DNA of 21,150 nt from Myxococcota bacterium (GTDB lineage: Bacteria; Myxococcota_A; UBA796; GCA-2862545), in contig JBCCQY010000168.1 in assembly GCA_039208735.1 (NCBI GenBank), forward strand, positions 1 to 21,150, read 5' to 3'. The notes under the pieces were generated by a model that ran no database searches, was not told the DNA's origin, and saw only the letters and a program-made list of their open reading frames with translations. Shown here piece by piece: positions 9,690 to 18,470 of this stretch. A program made the translations under genes and the position numbers. The stretch's first letter is position 1; every line of letters begins with the position of its first letter.

Positions 9690-9741
9690 TCAGAAGGTTA
9701 CCGTTCCTGCCCGAACTCCGCTTCCCTCCACCGAGAATGAC

Positions 9742-9984
9742 ATGATTCGCTGGATTCTCATCGCGCCCATCCGCTTCTACCGGGCCTACATTTCCCCACT
9801 CACGCCGCCGTCCTGCCGGTACACCCCCACGTGTTCGGCCTACACGATGGAGGCGATCGAGGTTTGGGGGGTGTACGGCGTCTGGCTTGGAATCAAGCGG
9901 ATTCTACGTTGCCACCCGCTTTACCCAGGCGGCCATGATCCCGTTCCGCTGCCCGGACCCACCGATTCGTCCGAGGTGTCGTGA
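9742..9984 (+). CDS. yidD: Membrane protein insertion efficiency factor YidD (80 aa)
   Basis: [25 protein letters not shown]...[17 protein letters not shown] is the classic YidD signature with three Cys. Confidence 0.95.
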   Translation: MIRWILIAPIRFYRAYISPLTPPSCRYTPTCSAYTMEAIEVWGVYGVWLGIKRILRCHPLYPGGHDPVPLPGPTDSSEVS

Positions 9985-11477
9985 AGGCTCCGGACGAAGC
10001 GAGAACGCTCGCCCTGCTTGCGGACATCGATGAAGCATGCCGAGAGGGCACCGATCTCGACGCCCTGTTGGCCCGCGTCCTAAGGCGCCTCGACCAAGGT
10101 CTGGGATGGGAGCGCCCCACCATCGCCCTGCTCGACCCCGCTCGCGATGAACTCCTCATCGAAGCCGCGCTGGGCCTCACACCGGCCGAAGCGCGACGCG
10201 CCCGCTGGTCGCTCGGCGAAGGTCGCACCGGCGTGGTCGCCTCGACCGGTGAGGCCTGCGTGGTGGACTCCTCCGATCCGTTGGTGCTCGACAAATCCGG
10301 TGCAGGCGTTCCCCCGGAGCGCACCTTCGTGGCAGTTCCACTGGCCGCAGCAGACCGAGTGTTCGGCGTCCTATCAGGATTTCGGGTCCCTGCGTCCCCC
10401 AAGGCCCACCACCTCGCAACGCGGGATCTGCAACTCGTCGCCTCGCTCGTCTCGAGCCGCGTGCAAGACGCCATCGAACAGCGCGAACGGCATGCAAGCG
10501 ACACCCCCCGGCATCGCTTTCAGCCTCGAGGGCTCTTGGGCACGTCCCGAGCGATGCGGGAGATCTTTGAGCTCATCGGCCGGGTTGCGCCCAGCCCGAC
10601 CACCGTGTTGCTGCGAGGCGAGAGCGGGACGGGAAAGGAACTGGTGGCCCGGGCGCTCCATGAGTACAGCCCCCGTTCTCGCCGACCGTTTGTCGCCGTA
10701 AACTGCGCCGCACTTCCCGAATCGCTGGTGGAGGCCGAGCTGTTTGGCCATGAACGAGGGGCGTTCACGGGGGCCGAACAACGTCGCGTGGGCCGATTCG
10801 AAGCTGCACACCAAGGGACGCTGTTCCTCGATGAGATCGGCGACTTGCCCATCCCCATGCAGGTCAAGTTGCTGCGGGTGCTTCAGTCGCGAGTCATCGA
10901 ACGCCTGGGATCCACCCATTCGGTGGACGTCGATGTGCGCATCATCGCAGCCACCAGCCGCGATCTCGAGTCGATGGTCGCCGGCTCGACGTTTCGAGAA
11001 GACCTCTACTATCGACTCAACGTCTTCCCGATCGGCTTGCCGGCCTTGCGCGACCGCAAGTCGGATGTGCTGCTCCTCGCCGACCATTTCGTCGAGACGT
11101 TCAATCGATCCCATGGCAAGGCCGTCAAGCGGCTCGCCACCTCGGCTATCGACATGCTGATGGCCTACCACTGGCCCGGCAATGTTCGGGAACTGGAAAA
11201 CTGCATCGAACGAGCGGTGTTGATGGCCCGCGACGACGTGATTTTGGGCCACCACCTGCCACCGACTCTGCAGCTACCGGCTGAAGCAACGTCAGAAGCC
11301 CCCATGAGCCTGCAATCTCAGCTCGATCGGGTCGAACAAGACCTCGTCATCGATGCGCTCAAGGCGAGCCGGGGAAACATGGCCAAAGCAGCTCGCGCCC
11401 TCGCCATCACAGAACGGCAGATGGGCTTGCGGGTGCGCAAATACGCGCTGGATCCGCGGACCTTCAAGTCGGGTTGA
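9981..11477 (+). CDS. Sigma-54-dependent transcriptional activator, GAF-AAA+-Fis HTH (NifA-like architecture)
   Basis: N-terminal GAF ([19 protein letters not shown]), [40 protein letters not shown] and [10 protein letters not shown], with a C-terminal HTH ([24 protein letters not shown]). GTGA overlap with yidD. Confidence 0.95.
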   Translation: MKAPDEARTLALLADIDEACREGTDLDALLARVLRRLDQGLGWERPTIALLDPARDELLIEAALGLTPAEARRARWSLGEGRTGVVASTGEACVVDSSDPLVLDKSGAGVPPERTFVAVPLAAADRVFGVLSGFRVPASPKAHHLATRDLQLVASLVSSRVQDAIEQRERHASDTPRHRFQPRGLLGTSRAMREIFELIGRVAPSPTTVLLRGESGTGKELVARALHEYSPRSRRPFVAVNCAALPESLVEAELFGHERGAFTGAEQRRVGRFEAAHQGTLFLDEIGDLPIPMQVKLLRVLQSRVIERLGSTHSVDVDVRIIAATSRDLESMVAGSTFREDLYYRLNVFPIGLPALRDRKSDVLLLADHFVETFNRSHGKAVKRLATSAIDMLMAYHWPGNVRELENCIERAVLMARDDVILGHHLPPTLQLPAEATSEAPMSLQSQLDRVEQDLVIDALKASRGNMAKAARALAITERQMGLRVRKYALDPRTFKSG

Positions 11478-14400
11478 CCACCCACCAGCGCAGGGCGGTG
11501 ACCGCGCGTCCAGGACCCCTGGCCCACGCCTGAACCTGGTCGCCAAGCGACATCCCAAGCGTCGAACGCCCTTGCGCCTTCAACATCTCGGCGAGCAGCG
11601 CAAGTGTCGCAAACACCTCGGGATCTGCCGGTCCGGGAACGGACAGGACGTCGGTCGCCTCCCCCAGTCGGTTGGCATCGGTCAGCCCCACTGCCACCAG
11701 CCCACTCACCGCGTGTGCAAAGCGCTGATGGCTCTGATCGGCTCTTCGAATCGCTTCGACGGTGGCGTTTCGAACCAGCGGTTCTGCCTCGGCGTACCTC
11801 CCTGCCAACACGTGAAGGACCGCGAGTTGAAGCTGGGGTCGCACCCGATCGCTTCCTCCGGAACCCCTCAGCTCGTTCAACAGGGCTTCGAACCGAACCG
11901 TCGCTTCGTCCCGACGACCGGCTGCCCTCGCCAGCTCTGCCTCCGCGGCCTGCCGTGCAAACCGCACCGAGGTCCACCGCTCTCGCTCCCCGACTCCGTC
12001 GAGAAGGGTCGAAGCGCCCACATCGCCTTGCCACATGGCAATGCGAGCCGCCCACACCGCGCCCAATCCCCCAAACGGTCCAGACTCGGTATCAAGAGAG
12101 CGAAACTTGGCTTTTGCCTCGTCAAAGGCGCCGTCACGAATCAACGCACGTCCTTGCCAGAACCGGCCCGCCGCAAACGACACCGCAGGAATCGGCGTGC
12201 CCCGTTGGAGAAACGCCCCCACGGCCGGCCAAAAGCCCTCGGGCTCTGCCGGAATGGCCCATCCGCCTTCGAGCGCCGCCCGCTGGGCAAGAGCCCCCAA
12301 AACGCGCACCGCCTCGTCGCGGGTCGCCAACGCCCGCGCCCGCTCAATGAGCCACGCGGCCCCCGCAGGATCCCCACGCCCCAAATACACCTTGGCGGCC
12401 ACAATCCAGGCATCGACCGCTTCCTCGACCCGGCCCGCTTCGAGGAGTTGCTCGCCCCACGTCCAGCGCCCCCGTGGTGGGTTCTCAAGCTGATGATCGA
12501 CCACCAACCGATGATTCGCTTCGGTGCGGCCTGCCGCACGGGCACGGTCGTTCAACACCCGTCGACGCCCCGGCGTCACAAAGCGAAGGCGTTCGTGGGC
12601 CCCCCGTTCGATGATTCCGGCGCGCACCAGGCGCTCCATGGCCTCGGCATCGAGGTCCACGTCGCGTTGAGCCGCGAGTTCCCGCCAAGCCTCGAGTGAG
12701 ACGATCTGGCCCATGGCGGCGGCAAGCTCGAGCACTTCGGCCAGTGCGTCGGGGATCGAAGCGAGAAGTGCGATGTCGGCGGGCTCTGCCGGCAGTGGCG
12801 CGTGTGAGCCCGACTCGGCCGCCTGCCGCACCAGGGCCCGCGCGACCCCAAGGTGGCCCGCGGCCTCGCGCACCAGGCGTACGGTCTCGGTTTCGGGCAG
12901 CCCGATCCAGGACCGGACCACGGCGCGCATTACTCGGGCCGGAAGGGGTCCCACCGGAAGGCGACGAACGCCCGGTCGTCCCGACCATCGCGCCATGAGC
13001 CGACGGTCGTTGGCGACCCACACCACCAACACGGGCGTCGGTTGCCGATGCCGATTGGCGACCACCCAATCCACGAACGCTTCCAGGCCCTCCTGTTCGG
13101 TGGGATCGGGTTCGAGCATGACCAAGACAGGTCTGCGCGCCCCTAACGCCGCCAAATGCCGCCCCAGCGCGGCCAGCAGATCTGCAGAAGGCCGTTCGCC
13201 CATCGCCAACGCCGCGAGAGCTGCATGGTCGCGGGGGTCGGCCGTGCCGTGGCGACGTGCGACCTCGGCAACGCGAAGATCGTCGGCCGCTTCCGCCTCC
13301 TCGAGGCCAAGGTGCGCCCGCAGCAAGGCAGGCAGCGACGGCGACGCGAGCTGGGCGCGGTTGGCCCCCAGCGTCCACGCCATACCGACTTCGTGGGCCC
13401 GATGCGCCAAATCAGAGACCAGCCGGGTTCGCCCGACCCCTGGCGGACCATTCACCAGGACCAGCCCTGCCAATGGCACACGATGAACCTCGACCAATGC
13501 ATCCCAGAGCGCCCGCTGCTCATTGGTCCGGCCCTCGACCGGGCCTTCACGAATCAGGGTCCCGCCGACGGGGCGCAACCCCAACAGGGGCGGCGCGCGC
13601 TCCTCGGGACGAAGGCTCGGGGTCACAACCGCGGGTGGAGGCCGTTCGTGGCGCCCGACGTCCGCCGCCGGTTTGGCTGAGACGGGGTCCGCCTCGAACT
13701 CAACGGCGTGGGACTCGGCGACCAGCAGTTCGGGGGGAACCTCGATCGGGTCGAGCGTAGGAAATGAATCGTCGGCCTTCCTTTCGACCGGAGACATGGC
13801 ATCCAGGATGGCTGCCGCGTCGGCCGCGCATTGCAGGCGACGGGCAGGGTCTTTGACCAGCAGCTCACGCAACCACGCTTCGAGTTCGACCGGGCCGTCG
13901 TGGTCGGGCAAACGGGGAATTGGAGCCGAAAGATGAGCCTCGCGGACCGCGGTCCACGCCTGGCGAGGAAACAACGGTTGACCGGCGATGAGCGTCCACG
14001 CCAGGCAACCGAACCCGTACAGGTCGGACCACGGCCCCAAGTCACGCCAGGTGTCTTGGAATTGTTCGGGCGCCATGTACGACGGCGTACCCGCTCGCAT
14101 GAACAGGGGTTGACCGCGACGATGCGCAAGTCCAAAGTCCGCGAGGACCGGGCGTCGGGAAGGCGCGATCAACACGTTGGAGGGCTTCAGGTCGCGATGT
14201 ACCCAGCCACGAGCGTGCACATGGCCCAACGCATCGAGAAGGGCCCGAAGCACCGGTTGCAGCGCCGGCCAGGCCATTCGCCCCCGATACCGCCACAGCG
14301 ACCCATGGGGGAGCCAATCGAGCACCGCATAGGGAGCGCCCTCGCGAAGTCGCGTGTTGGGCACGGACTGCGGAACCGTTCCTCGATCGTGGACGTTGAC

Positions 14401-14634
14401 CACGTGCGGGTGGTGGAAGATGCGGAGCGCCGACGCCTCTTGCGCAAACTGAGCGCGATGATGGGCTTTGTCGACGCGATGCGGCAGCAGGATTTTGACG
14501 GCCACCAATTGGTCGTCGTCCACGTGACGCGCGCGCCAAACCTCGGCCATGCCGCCCTGTCCTACGGGCTCTTCAAGAGACCAAGGACCAAGCTGCAACG
14601 GGTACGCCGAGTCGGGGAGCGTCGGTGAGGCCAC
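11464..14634 (-). CDS. Hanks-type Ser/Thr protein kinase fused to a degenerate STAND/AAA-like domain and helical (TPR-like) repeats
   Basis: GQGGMAEVW, VAVKIL, HRDLKPSN, DFGLA and GTPSYMAPEQ, followed by the P-loop-like GPPGVGRT and an Ala/Arg-rich helical C-terminus. The start is placed at GTG 14634 to avoid overlap with hrpB and is uncertain. Confidence 0.88.
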   Translation of the reverse strand: MASPTLPDSAYPLQLGPWSLEEPVGQGGMAEVWRARHVDDDQLVAVKILLPHRVDKAHHRAQFAQEASALRIFHHPHVVNVHDRGTVPQSVPNTRLREGAPYAVLDWLPHGSLWRYRGRMAWPALQPVLRALLDALGHVHARGWVHRDLKPSNVLIAPSRRPVLADFGLAHRRGQPLFMRAGTPSYMAPEQFQDTWRDLGPWSDLYGFGCLAWTLIAGQPLFPRQAWTAVREAHLSAPIPRLPDHDGPVELEAWLRELLVKDPARRLQCAADAAAILDAMSPVERKADDSFPTLDPIEVPPELLVAESHAVEFEADPVSAKPAADVGRHERPPPAVVTPSLRPEERAPPLLGLRPVGGTLIREGPVEGRTNEQRALWDALVEVHRVPLAGLVLVNGPPGVGRTRLVSDLAHRAHEVGMAWTLGANRAQLASPSLPALLRAHLGLEEAEAADDLRVAEVARRHGTADPRDHAALAALAMGERPSADLLAALGRHLAALGARRPVLVMLEPDPTEQEGLEAFVDWVVANRHRQPTPVLVVWVANDRRLMARWSGRPGVRRLPVGPLPARVMRAVVRSWIGLPETETVRLVREAAGHLGVARALVRQAAESGSHAPLPAEPADIALLASIPDALAEVLELAAAMGQIVSLEAWRELAAQRDVDLDAEAMERLVRAGIIERGAHERLRFVTPGRRRVLNDRARAAGRTEANHRLVVDHQLENPPRGRWTWGEQLLEAGRVEEAVDAWIVAAKVYLGRGDPAGAAWLIERARALATRDEAVRVLGALAQRAALEGGWAIPAEPEGFWPAVGAFLQRGTPIPAVSFAAGRFWQGRALIRDGAFDEAKAKFRSLDTESGPFGGLGAVWAARIAMWQGDVGASTLLDGVGERERWTSVRFARQAAEAELARAAGRRDEATVRFEALLNELRGSGGSDRVRPQLQLAVLHVLAGRYAEAEPLVRNATVEAIRRADQSHQRFAHAVSGLVAVGLTDANRLGEATDVLSVPGPADPEVFATLALLAEMLKAQGRSTLGMSLGDQVQAWARGPGRAVTALRWWVVNPT

Positions 14635-14656
14635 GAACCCGGTTAACCGAGCGGTC

Positions 14657-17038
14657 GTGGACCTCCCGATCGATGCCGTGCTGGACGAGCTGTGGACCGC
14701 GACGCACGCGTCCCGCGGCTTTGTGCTCGTGGCCCCTCCCGGCGCCGGCAAGACGACCCGTGTCCCGCGGATTCTCGCGGACCGGTCGCCGATGCTCTCC
14801 GGGCAGATCCTGGTGGTGCAGCCTCGTCGGGTTGCCGCACGCAGCGCCGCGGCCCGGCTCGCGAGCGAAGATGGGACTCCGCTGGGTCAGCGGATGGGCT
14901 ACGCCGTTCGCTTCGATCGTCGCGCCAACGCCCAAACGCGCGTCGTCGTGATCACCGAGGGGATCTTGCTGCGCCGTCTGCAGTCGGATCCCTTCCTGGA
15001 GGACGTCGGTGCCGTCGTACTTGACGAGTTTCACGAGCGATCCCTTTCGTCGGATCTCGCGCTTGCGCTGCTCGCCGAGGTGCGCCGAGATGCTCGGCCC
15101 GACCTCGTCGTCGCTGTCATGTCGGCGACCCTCGACCCTGAACCGGTGGCGCGGTTCATCGGCGACGTTCCCATCGTCCGTTCCGAAGGTCGAACCTACC
15201 CCCTGACCATTGCCCATACGCCGACCGATATCGGACCGGCGAGTTCGGCACGTGAACTGGGCCGAGCTACCGCGGCCGCCGTACGCCATGCTCTTGAGGA
15301 TGCCGAGGGCGATGTGCTGGTGTTCTTGCCCAGCCTGCGTTCGGTGGGGGCTACGGTCGAAGCCCTGCAGTCCCACACCGAGGTGGACGTTCTTCCCTTG
15401 CATGGCGGACTCTCCGCAGCCGAACAGGATCGGGCCCTCAAGCCCAACCCGAGTGGGCGTTGTCGCGTAGTGGTCGCCACCAACCTCGCCGAAACCTCGG
15501 TGACCGTTCCGGGCGTGCGGGTGGTCGTGGATGCGGGGCTTGCGCGTGCGCCTCGGTTTCGCTCGGCGACCGGGCTCGACCGCCTCGAGACGATCCGAAT
15601 CTCCAAAGCCAGTGCCGACCAACGGGCGGGTCGTGCCGGCCGAACCGCACCCGGCCACGTGGTTCGCTTGTGGTCAGAGCGATCGCATGCCTCGCGTCCC
15701 GACTTTGAACCGGCTGAGGTGCACCGTGTGGATCTGGCCGGCGTGGTGCTGCAGTTGCTGGCGTGGGGAGCCTCTCCCGGGGCCTTTGGTTGGTATGAAC
15801 GGCCGCCGCAGGGCACACTCACCGCAGCGCAGGACTTGTTGGCTGCCCTAGGCGCCACCGAATCCGGTGGATTGACCTCGCTCGGTCGGCGAATGGCGGA
15901 TCTGCCGCTTCATCCGCGGCTCGCCAGGCTCGTCTTGGAGGGCGGCGACGATGCGCGATGGGTGGCAGCGTGGCTCGGCGACGGAGGACGTCAGGCATTG
16001 CCCGCCGACCTTGAACGAGCCGTGGAACGCTTGCGTAGCGCCCCTCCACGATCCATCCGACGGGCCTACGATCAGCTCGGTCGACTCACCTCCGAACAGG
16101 GCGGTTCGATCGCCTTGCCTCAAGCAGCCCTGGCCGCGTGGCCCGACCGGGTCGCCCAACGACGGCCTCACGCTCCCGAGCGGGCGCGGCTCGTCGGCGG
16201 ACGAGGGGTCCGCTTTACGCCCGATGACCTCCCTGATTCGCCCTACGTCATTGCGTTGGACGTCGACGATCAGGGGACCGAAGGTTTCGTACGGCACTGG
16301 TGTGCGATTGACGTCGACGATCTGCCCGTCATCGAAGACACCCAGACCCACTTCGACCCGGACGCGGGCACGGTGCAGACCCGCCACGAACGGCGATATG
16401 GCGACATTGTCTTGGCCGCGCATCCCGCGCCCCTCGATCCTCATGCGGCGGGCGAACAGCTCGCAAAGGCTGCAGCGAGCGACCTGACTCGAGCGCTGCC
16501 AGACACGCCCGCCTTCGTGCAACTCCGTCACCGGGTGGCCTTCGCGCACACCCTTGATGACGCGATTCCCGAGCCCAGCGATGCATTTTTGGCGGCCCTC
16601 GTGCCGACGATTGGGTTTGGGCTTCGGTCGCTGGCAGCCCTCCGAAATGCAGATTGGGCAGGAGCGATGCGCGATGCCATCGGGTATGCGACGTGGCAAC
16701 GCATGCAATCGCTCGCGCCCGAGCGCATCTCGGTGCCCTCAGGGTCGATGCGAAAGCTCGATTATGCCCACGATGGCCCTCCGGTCCTCGCCGTTCGGAT
16801 GCAGGAACTGTTTGGTCAGGCGGACACCCCTCGTGTGGGTGGCGGACGGGTACCGGTGCGGCTCCACCTCCTCGCACCCAATGGCCGGCCCCAACAGATC
16901 ACCGACGATCTTGCCGGTTTTTGGGAGCGAACGTGGCCAGAGGTTCGCAAGGAGAATCGGGCCCGCTACCCCAAGCATGCCTGGCCCGAAGACCCGGTCA
17001 ACGCAAGGGCGGAGGCTCGTCCGAAACGGCGTCGGTGA
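14657..17038 (+). CDS. hrpB: ATP-dependent DEAH-box RNA helicase HrpB
   Basis: LPIDAVL, APPGAGKTT, QPRRVAAR, DEFHERS, MSAT, ATNLAETSVT and QRAGRAGR, plus the HrpB C-terminus LAVRMQELFG...LLAPNGRPQQITDDLAGFW...RYPKHAWPEDP. Probable start GTG 14657. Confidence 0.96.
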   Translation: MDLPIDAVLDELWTATHASRGFVLVAPPGAGKTTRVPRILADRSPMLSGQILVVQPRRVAARSAAARLASEDGTPLGQRMGYAVRFDRRANAQTRVVVITEGILLRRLQSDPFLEDVGAVVLDEFHERSLSSDLALALLAEVRRDARPDLVVAVMSATLDPEPVARFIGDVPIVRSEGRTYPLTIAHTPTDIGPASSARELGRATAAAVRHALEDAEGDVLVFLPSLRSVGATVEALQSHTEVDVLPLHGGLSAAEQDRALKPNPSGRCRVVVATNLAETSVTVPGVRVVVDAGLARAPRFRSATGLDRLETIRISKASADQRAGRAGRTAPGHVVRLWSERSHASRPDFEPAEVHRVDLAGVVLQLLAWGASPGAFGWYERPPQGTLTAAQDLLAALGATESGGLTSLGRRMADLPLHPRLARLVLEGGDDARWVAAWLGDGGRQALPADLERAVERLRSAPPRSIRRAYDQLGRLTSEQGGSIALPQAALAAWPDRVAQRRPHAPERARLVGGRGVRFTPDDLPDSPYVIALDVDDQGTEGFVRHWCAIDVDDLPVIEDTQTHFDPDAGTVQTRHERRYGDIVLAAHPAPLDPHAAGEQLAKAAASDLTRALPDTPAFVQLRHRVAFAHTLDDAIPEPSDAFLAALVPTIGFGLRSLAALRNADWAGAMRDAIGYATWQRMQSLAPERISVPSGSMRKLDYAHDGPPVLAVRMQELFGQADTPRVGGGRVPVRLHLLAPNGRPQQITDDLAGFWERTWPEVRKENRARYPKHAWPEDPVNARAEARPKRRR

Positions 17039-17975
17039 GGTAGCCACGCTCGGTGAGCACCCGTTTGAGGCCAAAGGTGTAGAGCGTGCGGCCACGCCCG
17101 TTGAGGTGATGGGGATCTGAAAAGAGTCCATCGCGGCCGAAAAACAAGCTCTCATGGTCGAGGAGTAGGTGGCGCTCGGGGTCCACGATCGAACCCACAA
17201 TTGTCTCATCGATGGCGTGTCGGGCTTCGCCAAGCCTTAGCGCGTAGGCACGCGCAGCTGGAAAGCGGATGAACACCAGCCGAATGCCGCGTGCTTCGGC
17301 CCACGTCACCAACTGCTGGAGCGCCCAGGCTTGGGTGGGATCGACCAGCTTGCCGCCGGCAAGGTGAGCCTCGGCGGACTCGATGGCGGATTGCCGCCGG
17401 ATCCGAGGGGGTTGAGCACCGTAGTTGCCGTTGGGCAGCCCCGCGCCAAATCCGTAGCGGCCCGTGCGGATCTGATTGAGAGACCGCAACTCGCCCATGT
17501 AGGGCACGACGTGCGCCTCGAGCCAGTAGCCGAGGTAGCGAAACGGGTCGCTATGGACCACCGCGAGTTCAACGAAGTCGACGTACTGACCCCACACCAT
17601 CTCGGGGGCGTACTGATGGCTGTTCCAACTCGTGAGCGTCACAGGGTCGAGCGGCACGATCATCACGTCCACATCGAAGTCATGACGCTCGATGAGCGTG
17701 CGCGTTCGGTAGTACGACTTTGTCATGTGCTGGCCGCCAATGGCGGCGTTTACCACCGCAGGGCCGAGGCCTCGCGGGTCGATCGCGGTTCGGGGGTGCG
17801 AATCTCCGGTGATCCAGACGCGGACGTGCGTTGGCGCTTGGGCGACGACGGCGTCACTGCGCAGGGCCTTGTGACGAGGGGCGACGAGCTGCCAGTACGA
17901 AACGGACAAGGCAACGTGAACGAGCAGGCCGAGGCCAAGCCAGGTCAGAATATACGGCCAAGGAACTCGCGTCAT
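16998..17975 (-). CDS. Membrane-anchored SGNH/GDSL-like protein (~325 aa)
   Basis: N-terminal TM segment (YILTWLGLGLLVHVALSVSYW), ITGDSH (GDS block), VVNAAIGGQ and the C-terminal FSDPHHLNGRG (DxxH). Start placed at ATG 17975, since the longer ORF-track extension lies in lower-GC sequence. Confidence 0.72.
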   Translation of the reverse strand: MTRVPWPYILTWLGLGLLVHVALSVSYWQLVAPRHKALRSDAVVAQAPTHVRVWITGDSHPRTAIDPRGLGPAVVNAAIGGQHMTKSYYRTRTLIERHDFDVDVMIVPLDPVTLTSWNSHQYAPEMVWGQYVDFVELAVVHSDPFRYLGYWLEAHVVPYMGELRSLNQIRTGRYGFGAGLPNGNYGAQPPRIRRQSAIESAEAHLAGGKLVDPTQAWALQQLVTWAEARGIRLVFIRFPAARAYALRLGEARHAIDETIVGSIVDPERHLLLDHESLFFGRDGLFSDPHHLNGRGRTLYTFGLKRVLTERGYLTDAVSDEPPPLR

Positions 17976-18086
17976 TGCCGAGTCTAGCTTGCTCATGTGC
18001 TGTGTGCAGTGGAACAAGTGCCCGCTCGCTACCCCCATTGATTCGTCAGGGAACAGTCCTGTGCAATCGCACCGAAGGTCACCGTC

Positions 18087-18191
18087 CTGACGGAATTGCC
18101 GCGTGATTCTTCGAAGTCGGTGTACTCGATGGGTCAGCGTGGTGGCAAATCCAAGGAGTTCAAGCTGCCGGGCATCGTTGTAAGTGACAGA
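18087..18191 (+). pseudogene. Possible decayed fragment of an L-domain/LRR lipoprotein gene paralogous to 19856-20548
   Basis: 18130-18191 reads WVSVVANP, then after a frameshift EFKLPGIVVSDR, versus WLSVRSNPKLRQFKLPKLRVVGGR at 20297-20368. LTELP at 18087-18101 resembles LTDLNLP. Confidence 0.4.
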
Positions 18192-18470
18192 CGTCGACCG
18201 ACGACTGTCGTCGGCAAGTCGTCGGCCTTGAACCTTCACCTATCGGTGCATCCACCGCACGCTTGTGACGAATGTCGGCCTGCGCAACGCTAGAAACTGC
18301 TCATTCGATGTGCATGCCGCTTGCACTGGCACGAAGTCCGTTCGGCGGCATCGGCTGGTGCGTCGCACGTGAAGAAAACTCAACACAGAGGTACTAGAAA
18401 AGTGGAACAACGTAAATCATCGACTTGGAAGCCTTGCGGAATATGGTTTTGTGCGTTCCTCGGAAGGCTG

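Noticed and set aside
9981..11477. Calling the activator nifA
   Set aside because: The architecture fits, but no nif genes are in view and many non-nif GAF activators share it.
11353..12699. Long antisense or alternative-frame ORFs (448 aa here; also 14573-15658, 10374-11255, 4902-5777 and others)
   Set aside because: Shadow ORFs of well-supported genes, as expected in high-GC DNA.
17976..18239. 88-codon N-terminal extension of the SGNH-like ORF
   Set aside because: It lies in lower-GC sequence and would bury the N-terminal TM anchor. A -10-like TAGACT sits just before ATG 17975.
18327..18341. TGGCACG as a sigma-54 -24 element for the island genes
   Set aside because: The -12 position reads CCGT rather than TTGC.
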